A stretch of 64,000 bases of DNA from Candidatus Latescibacterota bacterium (GTDB lineage Bacteria; Latescibacterota; UBA2968; GCA-2709665): contig OZ244937.1 in assembly GCA_965222075.1 (NCBI GenBank), positions 2,080,001 through 2,144,000 of the forward strand. Direction: 5' to 3'. The position numbers were made by a program, and so were the translations under genes. The notes beneath the pieces were generated by a model that worked only from the letters and a program-made list of their open reading frames with translations, searched no databases and had not been told where the DNA came from. Positions 41,166 to 50,152 of the stretch are shown here, piece by piece (position 1 is the first letter of the stretch; each line of letters starts with the position of its first letter).

Positions 41166-44100
41166 ATGTCTAAGTTTGGCGAGTTTATCCCGAAATCCGC
41201 TCGGTCGAAAGCATCCGCCTCGACGGGCTCACCCGGTCCTCCTGCGCTGGACGCCACATCGGGCCTGAGTTCCGACCGGCTCTCGGAGAGACCCTTTTCA
41301 CAGGCAGCCCTGGAACAATACTACGGCGGATTTTTCCCCACGCCGGAATGGACCGACGCCCTCCAGCCCGTGCCACGCGACAGTCGCGCCAACCCCCAGT
41401 TGACGGACATACTGGTCAAGCCGCTTACCCGGGAACGAATCGAGAGCCTGAAACAGGACGCCGAACCCTACCTGCGTGTCTCGCCGAATGACCTGATCGG
41501 AATGGCCCCGGTGCGCAACCGCATCGCCGGCAACGCCCGCGTGATGCCCTCCACGCGAATCGCCCGGTGTCCCGACGGCGACGGCGAAACGCTCACCTGG
41601 CGGCCCGACGACCCGGACAAGATCTGGTGTCCGCAGGGCCACACGGTAGACCCGTTCGCACGCTACCCCCAGACCGGCAGCATCCGGATCACGGGTCCCA
41701 AAGGGGACGAGCAGGACTACCCCTATCACGATGCGCCGGATGGAAAACGCATTTACCTCAACGGCGAGTTTATGGACTCGCTGCGCGTGTACTATCTCAT
41801 CGAAGCCGCAAAGACCCTTGGCATATTGTATCATCTCACCTCGGAGGTTGCATACGCCCAACGCGCTGCGGCCATCCTCTACGACTTCGCCCGCGCAGTG
41901 CCCCACTGGCCCAAGACCCACCGGGGGCGTCCCGGAATCGCGGAAGGTGACCGCCTGCGGCCCGTCACCGAATACCCCGTTTATGCCGGAATCTGGTACG
42001 ACAAATACCACACCGGCACGAGACACTTCTGCACGCTTGCGGAAGGCTACGACTTCATTGTCAACACACCCGTCTGGGATGCGCTGGACAGCTCGGCGCC
42101 CGGCAAAGACGCACGGGCCTGGATCGAGAACGACCTCTTCCTCTACTCTGTGAAAGACGCGATCCAGTACGACATCCACTACCCCCACCCCGACGCCGCC
42201 CTGAGCAATTATATACCCTCCCAGGCCGCAGGCTTTACCCTCATCGGGCGGGGCGTGGGCATTCCCGAACTGGTCCACTACGCCTACTGGAAGCTCAGAC
42301 AACTGGCCGAAAAGACCATCATGGCCGACTACGTCTTCCCCGAGAGCATGTCCTACGGGGCCATGCACATCCACGGCATCGCCCGCGCCTCGGAAAAAGG
42401 ACAGGGATACGCCGATCCCCCCGGATTTATCTCCAGCATCGATGGCGGGCGGTTCGACAACCTGGACAACGCGCAGGAACTCCCCGTACTCCGTCGCGCA
42501 GTCGAAACCCTGGCAACCATGGTCTATCCGGACGGCAACTACATCCAGGCCCACGACACCCATCACAAAATGCGCCAGAGGAAAAACACGACGCCGGAAG
42601 AAACGCGGCCCTCCACCTCCGCCGCCGGAGAAACGCGACCTCTCATCTACCCCGCCTTCGGACACGCCTGCCTGGCCAGGGGGGAGGCTCCAAAAGGCAA
42701 CCAGATCCAGGCGCACCTGCACTACTCGGGCAACTGGGGGCACGATCACGACGACATGCTCAACTTCATCCTCTGGTCCTACAAAGAGGAAATGATCTCG
42801 GATATCGGATACCAGCTCACCTACAACGGCTTTTCCCATATCGCCGCCGGGCACAACCTGGTTGTCGTGGACCGGAACACGCAAGAAAGCGTAAATGCGC
42901 CGGGGCGCCTGATCGGGTGGCATCCGGCGGAGGATGGCGTTCAGGTCATCGAGGTCTCAGCGCCGGAGGTCTACCCTCAGTGCAGCGCGTACCGGCGAAC
43001 CCTTTTCCTCATCCCCATTGGCGAAATGGACAACCTGGTCCTGGACATCTTCGACGTGGAAGGCGGCAGCATCCACGAATGGATGGCCCAGGGAAGCTGC
43101 ATGGTCGAGCAGGCCCTGGACGTCCCGGTTCCCACCCGGTACCATGCGGACAGCTATGCGGACGACGAGGTGCCCTTCACCCCGCCTGCCCACCGCGAAT
43201 GGGAAAAGCAGCTGCACGCCCAGGGGCTCAAACCGCGCGATGTGAACCCCTGGTACGGCGTGTTTCGAAACGTCCACAAAGGACGTGTGGAAGGCCCGTT
43301 TACGGCCACCTTTCGCGCTGAGAACCCGGACATGCCCGATGTACGCCTGCACATGCTCCTGCCCACAGACGGCGACCTCTACACCTGCACCGTGCCCACC
43401 CTTCGACAGTGCTGGAGCAACGCCCTGCAAATAGAAGACCATTCCCTGGTGGAAAAATTCCGAATGCCCAAGCTCGTCATTCGACGCGAGGGAGAAAATC
43501 TGCGCAGCCGGTTTGTTGGATTGTGGGAACCCGCACGCGGCTCCATGGTCGTCAAAGAAGTGAAAAATCTCGCCCCCGGACACCCCGAACTCGTGGCCGT
43601 GGAAATCCGTACCATCGGCGGGCACACGGTTCAACTGTTCTATTCGTCCGACCCCTCAAAGTGCCACCAGATCAGCAATGGAATGGCGTTCCAGGGCCGC
43701 TATGCGTCGGTCATCTCCCAGCATGAAAAGAAACAAATAACACTGTATGACTGCGCATCCTTCCATAACGGCGACCTTGAACTGACCCTCTCGCCTCGCC
43801 CGGCCCTGCCGCTGGAGGAAGTGCGCGAACGGGAGGGGGACAACGCCGTGCTGGTCCTGAATGGCGTGTGGGCGGACATACCCGAAGACCGCCCGCTTCA
43901 ATTTGAAACGCCCGAGCTGGTCATCCTGTCTCAAAACGGCGGCCACCAGCGGGCCTTCCCCATCCAGGCAGTGGAGAGAGAGGGCAACAGGACACGGCTG
44001 CGGTGCAGCCACCATCCGGGATTTGACTACGACTCGGGCGTGCTCAGAGAAATCGCCACGCCGTTTCAGGTCGTGGAAGGTAAGGCGGAGGTGAGGCTTC

Positions 44101-44228
44101 TTAGCAGGGTGTGGGCCCGCTCAAACGTTGCTCGAAAGGGTGTCTGGGAGGTGTTGACGACGGATGCGGTTACGGTGGGAACGCACCGGGTGGAACGGTC
44201 CGAGAAGTCCCCCAAAACACAGAGGTGA
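41166..44228 (+). CDS. Heparinase II/III-like protein (paralog B2)
   Basis: Start MSKFGEF after AGGAGG; mosaic near-copy of 16804-19890. Confidence 0.75.
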   Translation: MSKFGEFIPKSARSKASASTGSPGPPALDATSGLSSDRLSERPFSQAALEQYYGGFFPTPEWTDALQPVPRDSRANPQLTDILVKPLTRERIESLKQDAEPYLRVSPNDLIGMAPVRNRIAGNARVMPSTRIARCPDGDGETLTWRPDDPDKIWCPQGHTVDPFARYPQTGSIRITGPKGDEQDYPYHDAPDGKRIYLNGEFMDSLRVYYLIEAAKTLGILYHLTSEVAYAQRAAAILYDFARAVPHWPKTHRGRPGIAEGDRLRPVTEYPVYAGIWYDKYHTGTRHFCTLAEGYDFIVNTPVWDALDSSAPGKDARAWIENDLFLYSVKDAIQYDIHYPHPDAALSNYIPSQAAGFTLIGRGVGIPELVHYAYWKLRQLAEKTIMADYVFPESMSYGAMHIHGIARASEKGQGYADPPGFISSIDGGRFDNLDNAQELPVLRRAVETLATMVYPDGNYIQAHDTHHKMRQRKNTTPEETRPSTSAAGETRPLIYPAFGHACLARGEAPKGNQIQAHLHYSGNWGHDHDDMLNFILWSYKEEMISDIGYQLTYNGFSHIAAGHNLVVVDRNTQESVNAPGRLIGWHPAEDGVQVIEVSAPEVYPQCSAYRRTLFLIPIGEMDNLVLDIFDVEGGSIHEWMAQGSCMVEQALDVPVPTRYHADSYADDEVPFTPPAHREWEKQLHAQGLKPRDVNPWYGVFRNVHKGRVEGPFTATFRAENPDMPDVRLHMLLPTDGDLYTCTVPTLRQCWSNALQIEDHSLVEKFRMPKLVIRREGENLRSRFVGLWEPARGSMVVKEVKNLAPGHPELVAVEIRTIGGHTVQLFYSSDPSKCHQISNGMAFQGRYASVISQHEKKQITLYDCASFHNGDLELTLSPRPALPLEEVREREGDNAVLVLNGVWADIPEDRPLQFETPELVILSQNGGHQRAFPIQAVEREGNRTRLRCSHHPGFDYDSGVLREIATPFQVVEGKAEVRLLSRVWARSNVARKGVWEVLTTDAVTVGTHRVERSEKSPKTQR

Positions 44229-44271
44229 CACCCTCCTGGCACCGCCCGGAATTTTCCTAAGAGGAGAGGGT

Positions 44272-47238
44272 ATGCCACGGTTCGACCCGATTGAATTTTC
44301 ATCGCACGAGGACTTGAAGAACTACTACGGAGGGTTCTTCCCAACCCAAGCCTGGGCCGAATCCCTCGCTACGGTCCCCCGCGACCAGCGCAGCAATCCG
44401 CACGACCTCCACGAAGTCAAAAAATCAAATAAAAAATGGATCGCATCTCTTCAGAAACAAGCCCGTGCGTATATGGCATTCGCCCCTGAAGAATTGCTCG
44501 GCCTGGTCCCCCGGCGCAACCGCATTGCCGGCAACGCCCGAAAAAATAACGATGCGGCGCAGTGTCCCTGCGGCGATGGGGCCAGGTTGACCTGGACGCC
44601 GGAAGACCCGGACCGGATCTGGTGTCCCAAAGGCCATACCGTGGATCCATTCGAACTATTTCCGCAAACCGGAACCATTGAAATCGTCGGCCCGAAGGGA
44701 GACAGGCAGGAATACCCGTACCACGACGCGCCGGACGGAAAAAGAATCTACCTGTACGGAGAATACATGGACAACGTGCGCCTGGGCTGTCTGTCCAGGG
44801 CGGCCGATGTGCTGGCGATGCTCTACCGGGCAACGGAAGACGTGGCGTACGCCGAGCGGGCCTCGGCAATCGTGTACGACTTTGCCTGTGCGGTCCCCCA
44901 CTGGCCCAAGATTCACCGGGGACTGACCAGCGTGGCCTCAGAGGAAGACCGGTTCCGGCCCGTTGAGGAGCAGGTTACCCACGCCGGCATCTGGAGAGAC
45001 AGGAACCACGCCGGACTCAACGGAATCGCCGGGATTGTGGCCTACAATCTGGTGGTGAACGCGCCGGTATGGGAACCGCTGGACCGCCTTGCAGAGAGCG
45101 GGGATGCCCGGCAGACAATCGAGAAGGACCTGTTTCTCTATCTGGCCAGAGATGCGATTCGCGCGGACATCCATTTTCCCCAGCCCAACTTTGCGCTGAG
45201 AAACCACATCCCGTCCCAGTGCGAAGGCATGATTGCCATCGGCAAAGCGGCCGGCGTTCCCGAACTGGTTCACTATGCGTACTGGAAACTCCGGCAGATG
45301 GCGGAAAAGACTATCATGGCCGACTCGACCTTTCCGGAGAGCATGTCCTATGCAGCCATGCACCTCTACGGGATGGTGGACGCCGCCGCCGAAGGAGAGG
45401 GATACTCCGATCCGCCGGGGTTCCTCTCCAGCCTAGACGGCGCCCGGTTCGACAACCTGTACCTCCCACGGCAACTGCCCGAGCTGTACCGTGCGGTTGA
45501 CGTCCTCAAATCCATGGTCTACCCCGACGGCAACTACATCCAGGCGCACGACACCACCTACTGGTTCGGCGGCGGCAGGGAACCGATCCCGGAAACCGTG
45601 CAGCCGATCATCTACCCCGCGTTCGGCCACACTGTGCTGGGCCGGGGCGAGCGCGAACGAAAAGACCAGATCCAGGCGCACCTGCACTACTCCGGGAACT
45701 GGGGGCACGACCACCACGACATGCTCAACCTGATCCTCTGGGCCTACGGCGAAGAACTCGTCTCAGACTTCGGAAAAATTATGACCTACCGCCTGTTCGC
45801 CGATGGGTCCTGGGGGCACAACCTGGTGGTAGTGGACCGGAAAAACCAGGAGCGGGTGTACCGGTCGGGATGTCTTCTGAACTGGCACGCCCCCGCAAAC
45901 GAGGTGCAGGTCGTGGAAGCCTCAGAACCGGCAGTCTACCCTCAATGCGGCGTTTACCGACGCGCGCTTTTTCTGATCCCCGGAGGAGTTTTCACCCATA
46001 TCTCTCCCAGGTGCCGGCCGCTTGGGGAAACGGACAACCTGGTTCTGGACATCTTTGAGGTAGAAGGTGGGAACACACACGAGTGGATGGCGCAGGGGAA
46101 CTGCATCAACGGCCAGACCCTTGAGGTCTCGGTACCAACAGAATATGATGCCGACAGCTATGCCGACGACGGGGTGCCCTTTACCCCGCCTGCCCACAGA
46201 GAATGGGAGAAACAACTGCAAGCGCAGGGGCTCACGTCGCAGGACGTAAGCCCCTGGTACGGCGTATTCCGGGATGTGCATAAGGGGAAAATCCAGGCGC
46301 CCTTCACCGCTGTGTTCCGCTCGGTCAACCGGAACCTGCCCGACCTTCGCCTCCACCTGCTGGAGCCGACCGACGCCGACCTCTATACCTGCACCGTACC
46401 CGGTCTCAAGCAGGGCCGCAACGCGAAAAAATCGGAAATTTGGGACCATTCCCTCGTGGAGAAATACCGAATGCCCAAGCTTGTGGTGCGCCGGGACGGT
46501 GTCCGTCTACACAGCCGGTTTGTCGCACTCTGGGAGCCCACGCGCGGAACCGATCTGACCGCCCGGGTAGAAAACCTCGCGCCGGGCCACCCTGATTTTG
46601 TGGCGCTGGAAATCCATACCGCCGGACAGGGTGAAACCATCCGAACCTTCTATTCCGCCGATCCCTCTCAGCCCAGGCGTGTTGACAAAACCGAATTCCA
46701 GGGACGCTACGCGGTCGTCCGGTCCTGCGAGGAAAGCAAATACATCACCCTTTACGACACCGCTTGCTTCCGGGATGGCGATCTGGAGCTTACAATTTCA
46801 GACCGCTCGCCTCTTTTGCTGGAAAAAGTGACGGAACAGGATGGAGAGAGTGTACTGATCCTGAACGGAATCTGGGAGGATATCCCTCGGGGGAACCCCC
46901 TAATATTCCCGGAACCGGAACTGGTGGTCCTTTCTCAGGACGGGGGCTATCAGAGGGCCTTTCCGGTAAAATCGGCAGAAACGGGAGAAGGCCAAACGTT
47001 GCTGCGATGCAGCCGGCACCCCGGATTTGAGTATGACCTGGAAGCCCGAATACTGAAAGAGATTTCTTTTCCGTTCCACACCGTAGAAGGAAAGGCGGAG
47101 GTGAGGCTTCCCAGCAGGGTGTGGGCCCGTTCACATGCCGCTCGACCGGGCGTCTGGGAAATCCGAACAACGAATGGGGTCACGATCAGCGCACGCCACA
47201 TGGAACCAACCGCAAGTTGGGTAACCATTTCGCTTTGA
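44272..47238 (+). CDS. Heparinase II/III-like protein (paralog C)
   Basis: Start MPRFDP after GAGGAG; FPESMSY, GHDHHDMLN, GHNLVVVD; more diverged; no signal peptide. Confidence 0.75.
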   Translation: MPRFDPIEFSSHEDLKNYYGGFFPTQAWAESLATVPRDQRSNPHDLHEVKKSNKKWIASLQKQARAYMAFAPEELLGLVPRRNRIAGNARKNNDAAQCPCGDGARLTWTPEDPDRIWCPKGHTVDPFELFPQTGTIEIVGPKGDRQEYPYHDAPDGKRIYLYGEYMDNVRLGCLSRAADVLAMLYRATEDVAYAERASAIVYDFACAVPHWPKIHRGLTSVASEEDRFRPVEEQVTHAGIWRDRNHAGLNGIAGIVAYNLVVNAPVWEPLDRLAESGDARQTIEKDLFLYLARDAIRADIHFPQPNFALRNHIPSQCEGMIAIGKAAGVPELVHYAYWKLRQMAEKTIMADSTFPESMSYAAMHLYGMVDAAAEGEGYSDPPGFLSSLDGARFDNLYLPRQLPELYRAVDVLKSMVYPDGNYIQAHDTTYWFGGGREPIPETVQPIIYPAFGHTVLGRGERERKDQIQAHLHYSGNWGHDHHDMLNLILWAYGEELVSDFGKIMTYRLFADGSWGHNLVVVDRKNQERVYRSGCLLNWHAPANEVQVVEASEPAVYPQCGVYRRALFLIPGGVFTHISPRCRPLGETDNLVLDIFEVEGGNTHEWMAQGNCINGQTLEVSVPTEYDADSYADDGVPFTPPAHREWEKQLQAQGLTSQDVSPWYGVFRDVHKGKIQAPFTAVFRSVNRNLPDLRLHLLEPTDADLYTCTVPGLKQGRNAKKSEIWDHSLVEKYRMPKLVVRRDGVRLHSRFVALWEPTRGTDLTARVENLAPGHPDFVALEIHTAGQGETIRTFYSADPSQPRRVDKTEFQGRYAVVRSCEESKYITLYDTACFRDGDLELTISDRSPLLLEKVTEQDGESVLILNGIWEDIPRGNPLIFPEPELVVLSQDGGYQRAFPVKSAETGEGQTLLRCSRHPGFEYDLEARILKEISFPFHTVEGKAEVRLPSRVWARSHAARPGVWEIRTTNGVTISARHMEPTASWVTISL

Positions 47239-47272
47239 AAGTGCTGCCGGATCAGCCATAAGGAGCATATCG

Positions 47273-47332
47273 ATGGATATTGCCGTGACAGAAGGGACCT
47301 ATTCGAAAGACAACTATGAGCCCAGCCTGTGA
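47273..47332 (+). pseudogene. 19-codon remnant of PHP hydrolase paralog
   Basis: AAGGAG SD then MDIAVTEGTYSKDNYEPSL*, versus MELAVTDGIYSKDNYEPSLC at 19948. The stop overlaps the next start (GTGA). Confidence 0.85.
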
Positions 47333-49317
47333 CCGGCATCTGGTCCGACCGTCTCGACCATAGTGCTTCGGAAGACCTGCAGCACGGCGCAATGCCTCAG
47401 ACGGTGACGCTCCGATCTTTGGCCGTCGGGCTGATTCTCATCATCGCGATCAGCATCTTCGCAACAGATACCACCTACCGATTGCGCGCCTCTCGAGTCT
47501 CTCTCGGACACCTTCCCATCTGCCTGTGGCTTCCTTTCCTCTTGCTCTTCCTCAGCAATGTCTTGTTGAAGGGCCTTCGCCCACACTGGGCGCTCCGTCC
47601 TCACGAGCTCGGCTTCATCCTCTGCTTAGGATTCATTGGAAGCATCTTCCCCACCAAGAGCTTAGCGGGGCGCCTTGTCGCCGGTCTATCCATCCTCCAG
47701 TACAAGGCAAACCCCGAAAATCGATGGGGAGAGATCATCCTTCAGCACCTCAAGCCCTGGGCGATTCCCGGCAACGAGATAGGCGCAATCACATACCTGT
47801 GGGAAGGGCTTCCTCAAGGTCAAGGCATCCCCTGGAGGGTGTGGGCCGGTCCGCTCTTCTGGTGGTTTACCCTGTTCTTTGCCCTTTTCATTGCCAGTCT
47901 CTGCCTTACGGTCATATTCCGGAAGCAGTGGGTGGAGCACGAACGAATCGTGTTCCCCCTGGCCCGGTTGCCCATCATGATGATCACAGACGAAGAGCCC
48001 GGCTCGATCTGGCCCCGTTTCTTCAGGAGCCGCCTCTTCTGGATTGGGTTCGGCATTGCGCTCTTCATTATTCTCTGGAACATCCTGCCCCGTTTCTCCC
48101 ACCGCGTACCCATCATCCCCATCGGCCCCACCTATGGCATCAAGTACTATTACGCCAAATACTTTCCGCCGGTCAAGATAAAGTTCAACTTCTTCGTGGC
48201 GACCTTTGGCTACCTGACGAACCTGGAAGTCCTCCTATCCATCTGGTTCTTCCACATCCTCGCATTGATCGAAGCCGGCGCGCTTAACCGTCTCGGGGTT
48301 TCGGTCAGAGGTGAGTACTCAAGCGGCGTGATGCTGCAGCAGGTGGGAGGATTTATCACCCTTGTCTTTGTCGGTCTCTACATTGCCCGAAAGCATATTA
48401 CGGCCGTTTTCCGCACCGCGTGGCGTCCCGGGTCCGGCGAGGACGACCGGGAGGAGCTTCTTTCCTACCGCGCCACCGTTATCGGGCTCCTCGTTTCCCT
48501 CGTCTATTCGATCGGGTGGATGCACGCCTTCGGCATTTCCCTGACCGGTGTCGTCGTTCAGGTCGGATTCCTTCTGATATACTTCCTGGGCCTGGCCAAA
48601 ATCGTTGCCGAGACCGGCCTGGTCTATGTCGAGACCCCTCTAAAGACCCAGCAGTTGTCGGCCGCAGCTCTCGGACCGGTCATTCAAACGTCGGACCACA
48701 TTGGAATGGCCCTTTCCGCCAATACGGTAGAAAGCCACCGAGCATATATCTTGCCCACGCTGACGCATCTGGCCAGAATCCACCATTCTTTTCGCTGGGA
48801 CCGCACCCAGATGCTCGGTTCCCTGTGTGTCGCATTTCTGATAGGATTTGTCGTCTCTGTCGCTTACACCCTGGTCCTTTGCTATACCTCCACCGGTGCC
48901 TCCAACATCCGCCATGTCTATGTCTTCAACAACTACGGCCCTCGAATATTCAACCGGGTGGTCAGGTGGGCTTCGGAAGCCCCATCCTTTACGCAGACGG
49001 AGCTCATCTTCATTGCCGCCGGTGCAATCGGCACCCTGTTGTTGAGCTTTCTCAGATTGCGCCTGCCTTGGTGGCCCCTGCATCCGGTTGGATTCACGGT
49101 TGCCTCCGTCTTCATGGTCAACGTCACTGCGTTCACTGTTTTCCTCGTCTGGGCCTTCAAAGCGCTGGTCCTTCGCATCGGCGGGGTGGCCTTCTACCGG
49201 CGGCTTCAACCCTTCTTCCTGGGCCTGCTCTTCGGCTATACCCTCGGTGTGGGCCTCTCTACGCTTGTAGATGCTATCTGGTTTCCCGGAAACGGACATC
49301 CGGTGCATGGCTGGTAA
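47329..49317 (+). CDS. DUF6785/DUF6784-like membrane protein (paralog 3)
   Basis: ENRW, WEGLP..IPW, RKQWVEHERIVFPL, RSRLFWIGF, WWPLHPVGF. Alternative ATG at 47392. Confidence 0.75.
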   Translation: MTGIWSDRLDHSASEDLQHGAMPQTVTLRSLAVGLILIIAISIFATDTTYRLRASRVSLGHLPICLWLPFLLLFLSNVLLKGLRPHWALRPHELGFILCLGFIGSIFPTKSLAGRLVAGLSILQYKANPENRWGEIILQHLKPWAIPGNEIGAITYLWEGLPQGQGIPWRVWAGPLFWWFTLFFALFIASLCLTVIFRKQWVEHERIVFPLARLPIMMITDEEPGSIWPRFFRSRLFWIGFGIALFIILWNILPRFSHRVPIIPIGPTYGIKYYYAKYFPPVKIKFNFFVATFGYLTNLEVLLSIWFFHILALIEAGALNRLGVSVRGEYSSGVMLQQVGGFITLVFVGLYIARKHITAVFRTAWRPGSGEDDREELLSYRATVIGLLVSLVYSIGWMHAFGISLTGVVVQVGFLLIYFLGLAKIVAETGLVYVETPLKTQQLSAAALGPVIQTSDHIGMALSANTVESHRAYILPTLTHLARIHHSFRWDRTQMLGSLCVAFLIGFVVSVAYTLVLCYTSTGASNIRHVYVFNNYGPRIFNRVVRWASEAPSFTQTELIFIAAGAIGTLLLSFLRLRLPWWPLHPVGFTVASVFMVNVTAFTVFLVWAFKALVLRIGGVAFYRRLQPFFLGLLFGYTLGVGLSTLVDAIWFPGNGHPVHGW

Positions 49318-49339
49318 CACCATCTGGCGGGCAGGATGC

Positions 49340-50152
49340 TTACGGTTCGCCCGCTTCCGGTTTCAAAACGACAAAGCCGTATCTTTGAAAAATCGTACTC
49401 GACGTATCCGAACGGAGCACCTTCATAAAACGGACCGTCCGCTCGTTCCTGCGCCCCTTCACAATAACAACCGAGTAAACGATCGGATCGTGAGACTCGG
49501 TCGGAAGCCTCGCAAGCACCCCCACCTTCGAACTCACCGCCGCATCGGTCGCGTAGACCACCCCCGCAGGGCACGCCCCTCGCTCTACATAAATCAGGGC
49601 CGTCCGAACGTCGTGTCCAACGACCAGACGGCCTTTCAGGCTTTCCCACCATCCCAGCCACTCAAGCGCCTGCTTCGCATACATCCCCGCCGGCACGTGG
49701 GAGGGGTCCGCCAGGGCCAGACGACCCTCAAACGCCCCTGCAAAGTCAAACGCCTTTTGAGGCGTCACACAAAATGCTTCTCCCTTCGGCGCTACAACCA
49801 CCAGCACATTGCCCAGCAGGTCGATGCGGGTCTCCGGCTCGAACAACTCCCGATGCTCCAGGTAATCCATCCACACCGGATTTGCCGAAAGGTAGACATC
49901 GGCCGGCGCTCCATGCGCAATCTGCCGGGCCAGCGTAGAAGACCCGGCAAAAGAGAGCTTCACCTCAACATCACCCTCTCCCTCGAATTCCCGGGCGATA
50001 TCCTGCAGCGCATTTGTCAAACTCGCCGCCGCGTAAACCCGGACCGCCTCCGCCTGAAGGCACGCGGGAAAAACAAAAAGGGCCAGAAGCAAGAAAACAA
50101 CCCGGCAAAACGCGCTTAAATCTGAAGATCTATATCGTTTTACTCCCCCCAC
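49340..50152 (-). CDS. modA: Molybdate ABC transporter substrate-binding protein
   Basis: YAAASLT, FAGSSTLARQI..GAPADVYLSAN, LLGNVLV, DPSHVPAGMYAKQAL, VYATDA, HDPIVY. Confidence 0.92.
   Translation of the reverse strand: MGGVKRYRSSDLSAFCRVVFLLLALFVFPACLQAEAVRVYAAASLTNALQDIAREFEGEGDVEVKLSFAGSSTLARQIAHGAPADVYLSANPVWMDYLEHRELFEPETRIDLLGNVLVVVAPKGEAFCVTPQKAFDFAGAFEGRLALADPSHVPAGMYAKQALEWLGWWESLKGRLVVGHDVRTALIYVERGACPAGVVYATDAAVSSKVGVLARLPTESHDPIVYSVVIVKGRRNERTVRFMKVLRSDTSSTIFQRYGFVVLKPEAGEP

Larger units (their letters stand above)
28932..44150 (+). repeat. Copy 2 of ~15 kb direct segmental duplication
   Basis: Same gene order and long identical tracts versus 4494-19800. Confidence 0.93.

Noticed and set aside
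4494-44150. Diversity-generating retroelement as the cause of divergence between copies
   Set aside because: No reverse transcriptase is seen; differences are not adenine-specific and include many synonymous changes.
49327-49354. GCGGGC...GCCCGC stem between convergent genes as a terminator
   Set aside because: Short stem, long loop, overlaps the modA stop and has no U-tract.
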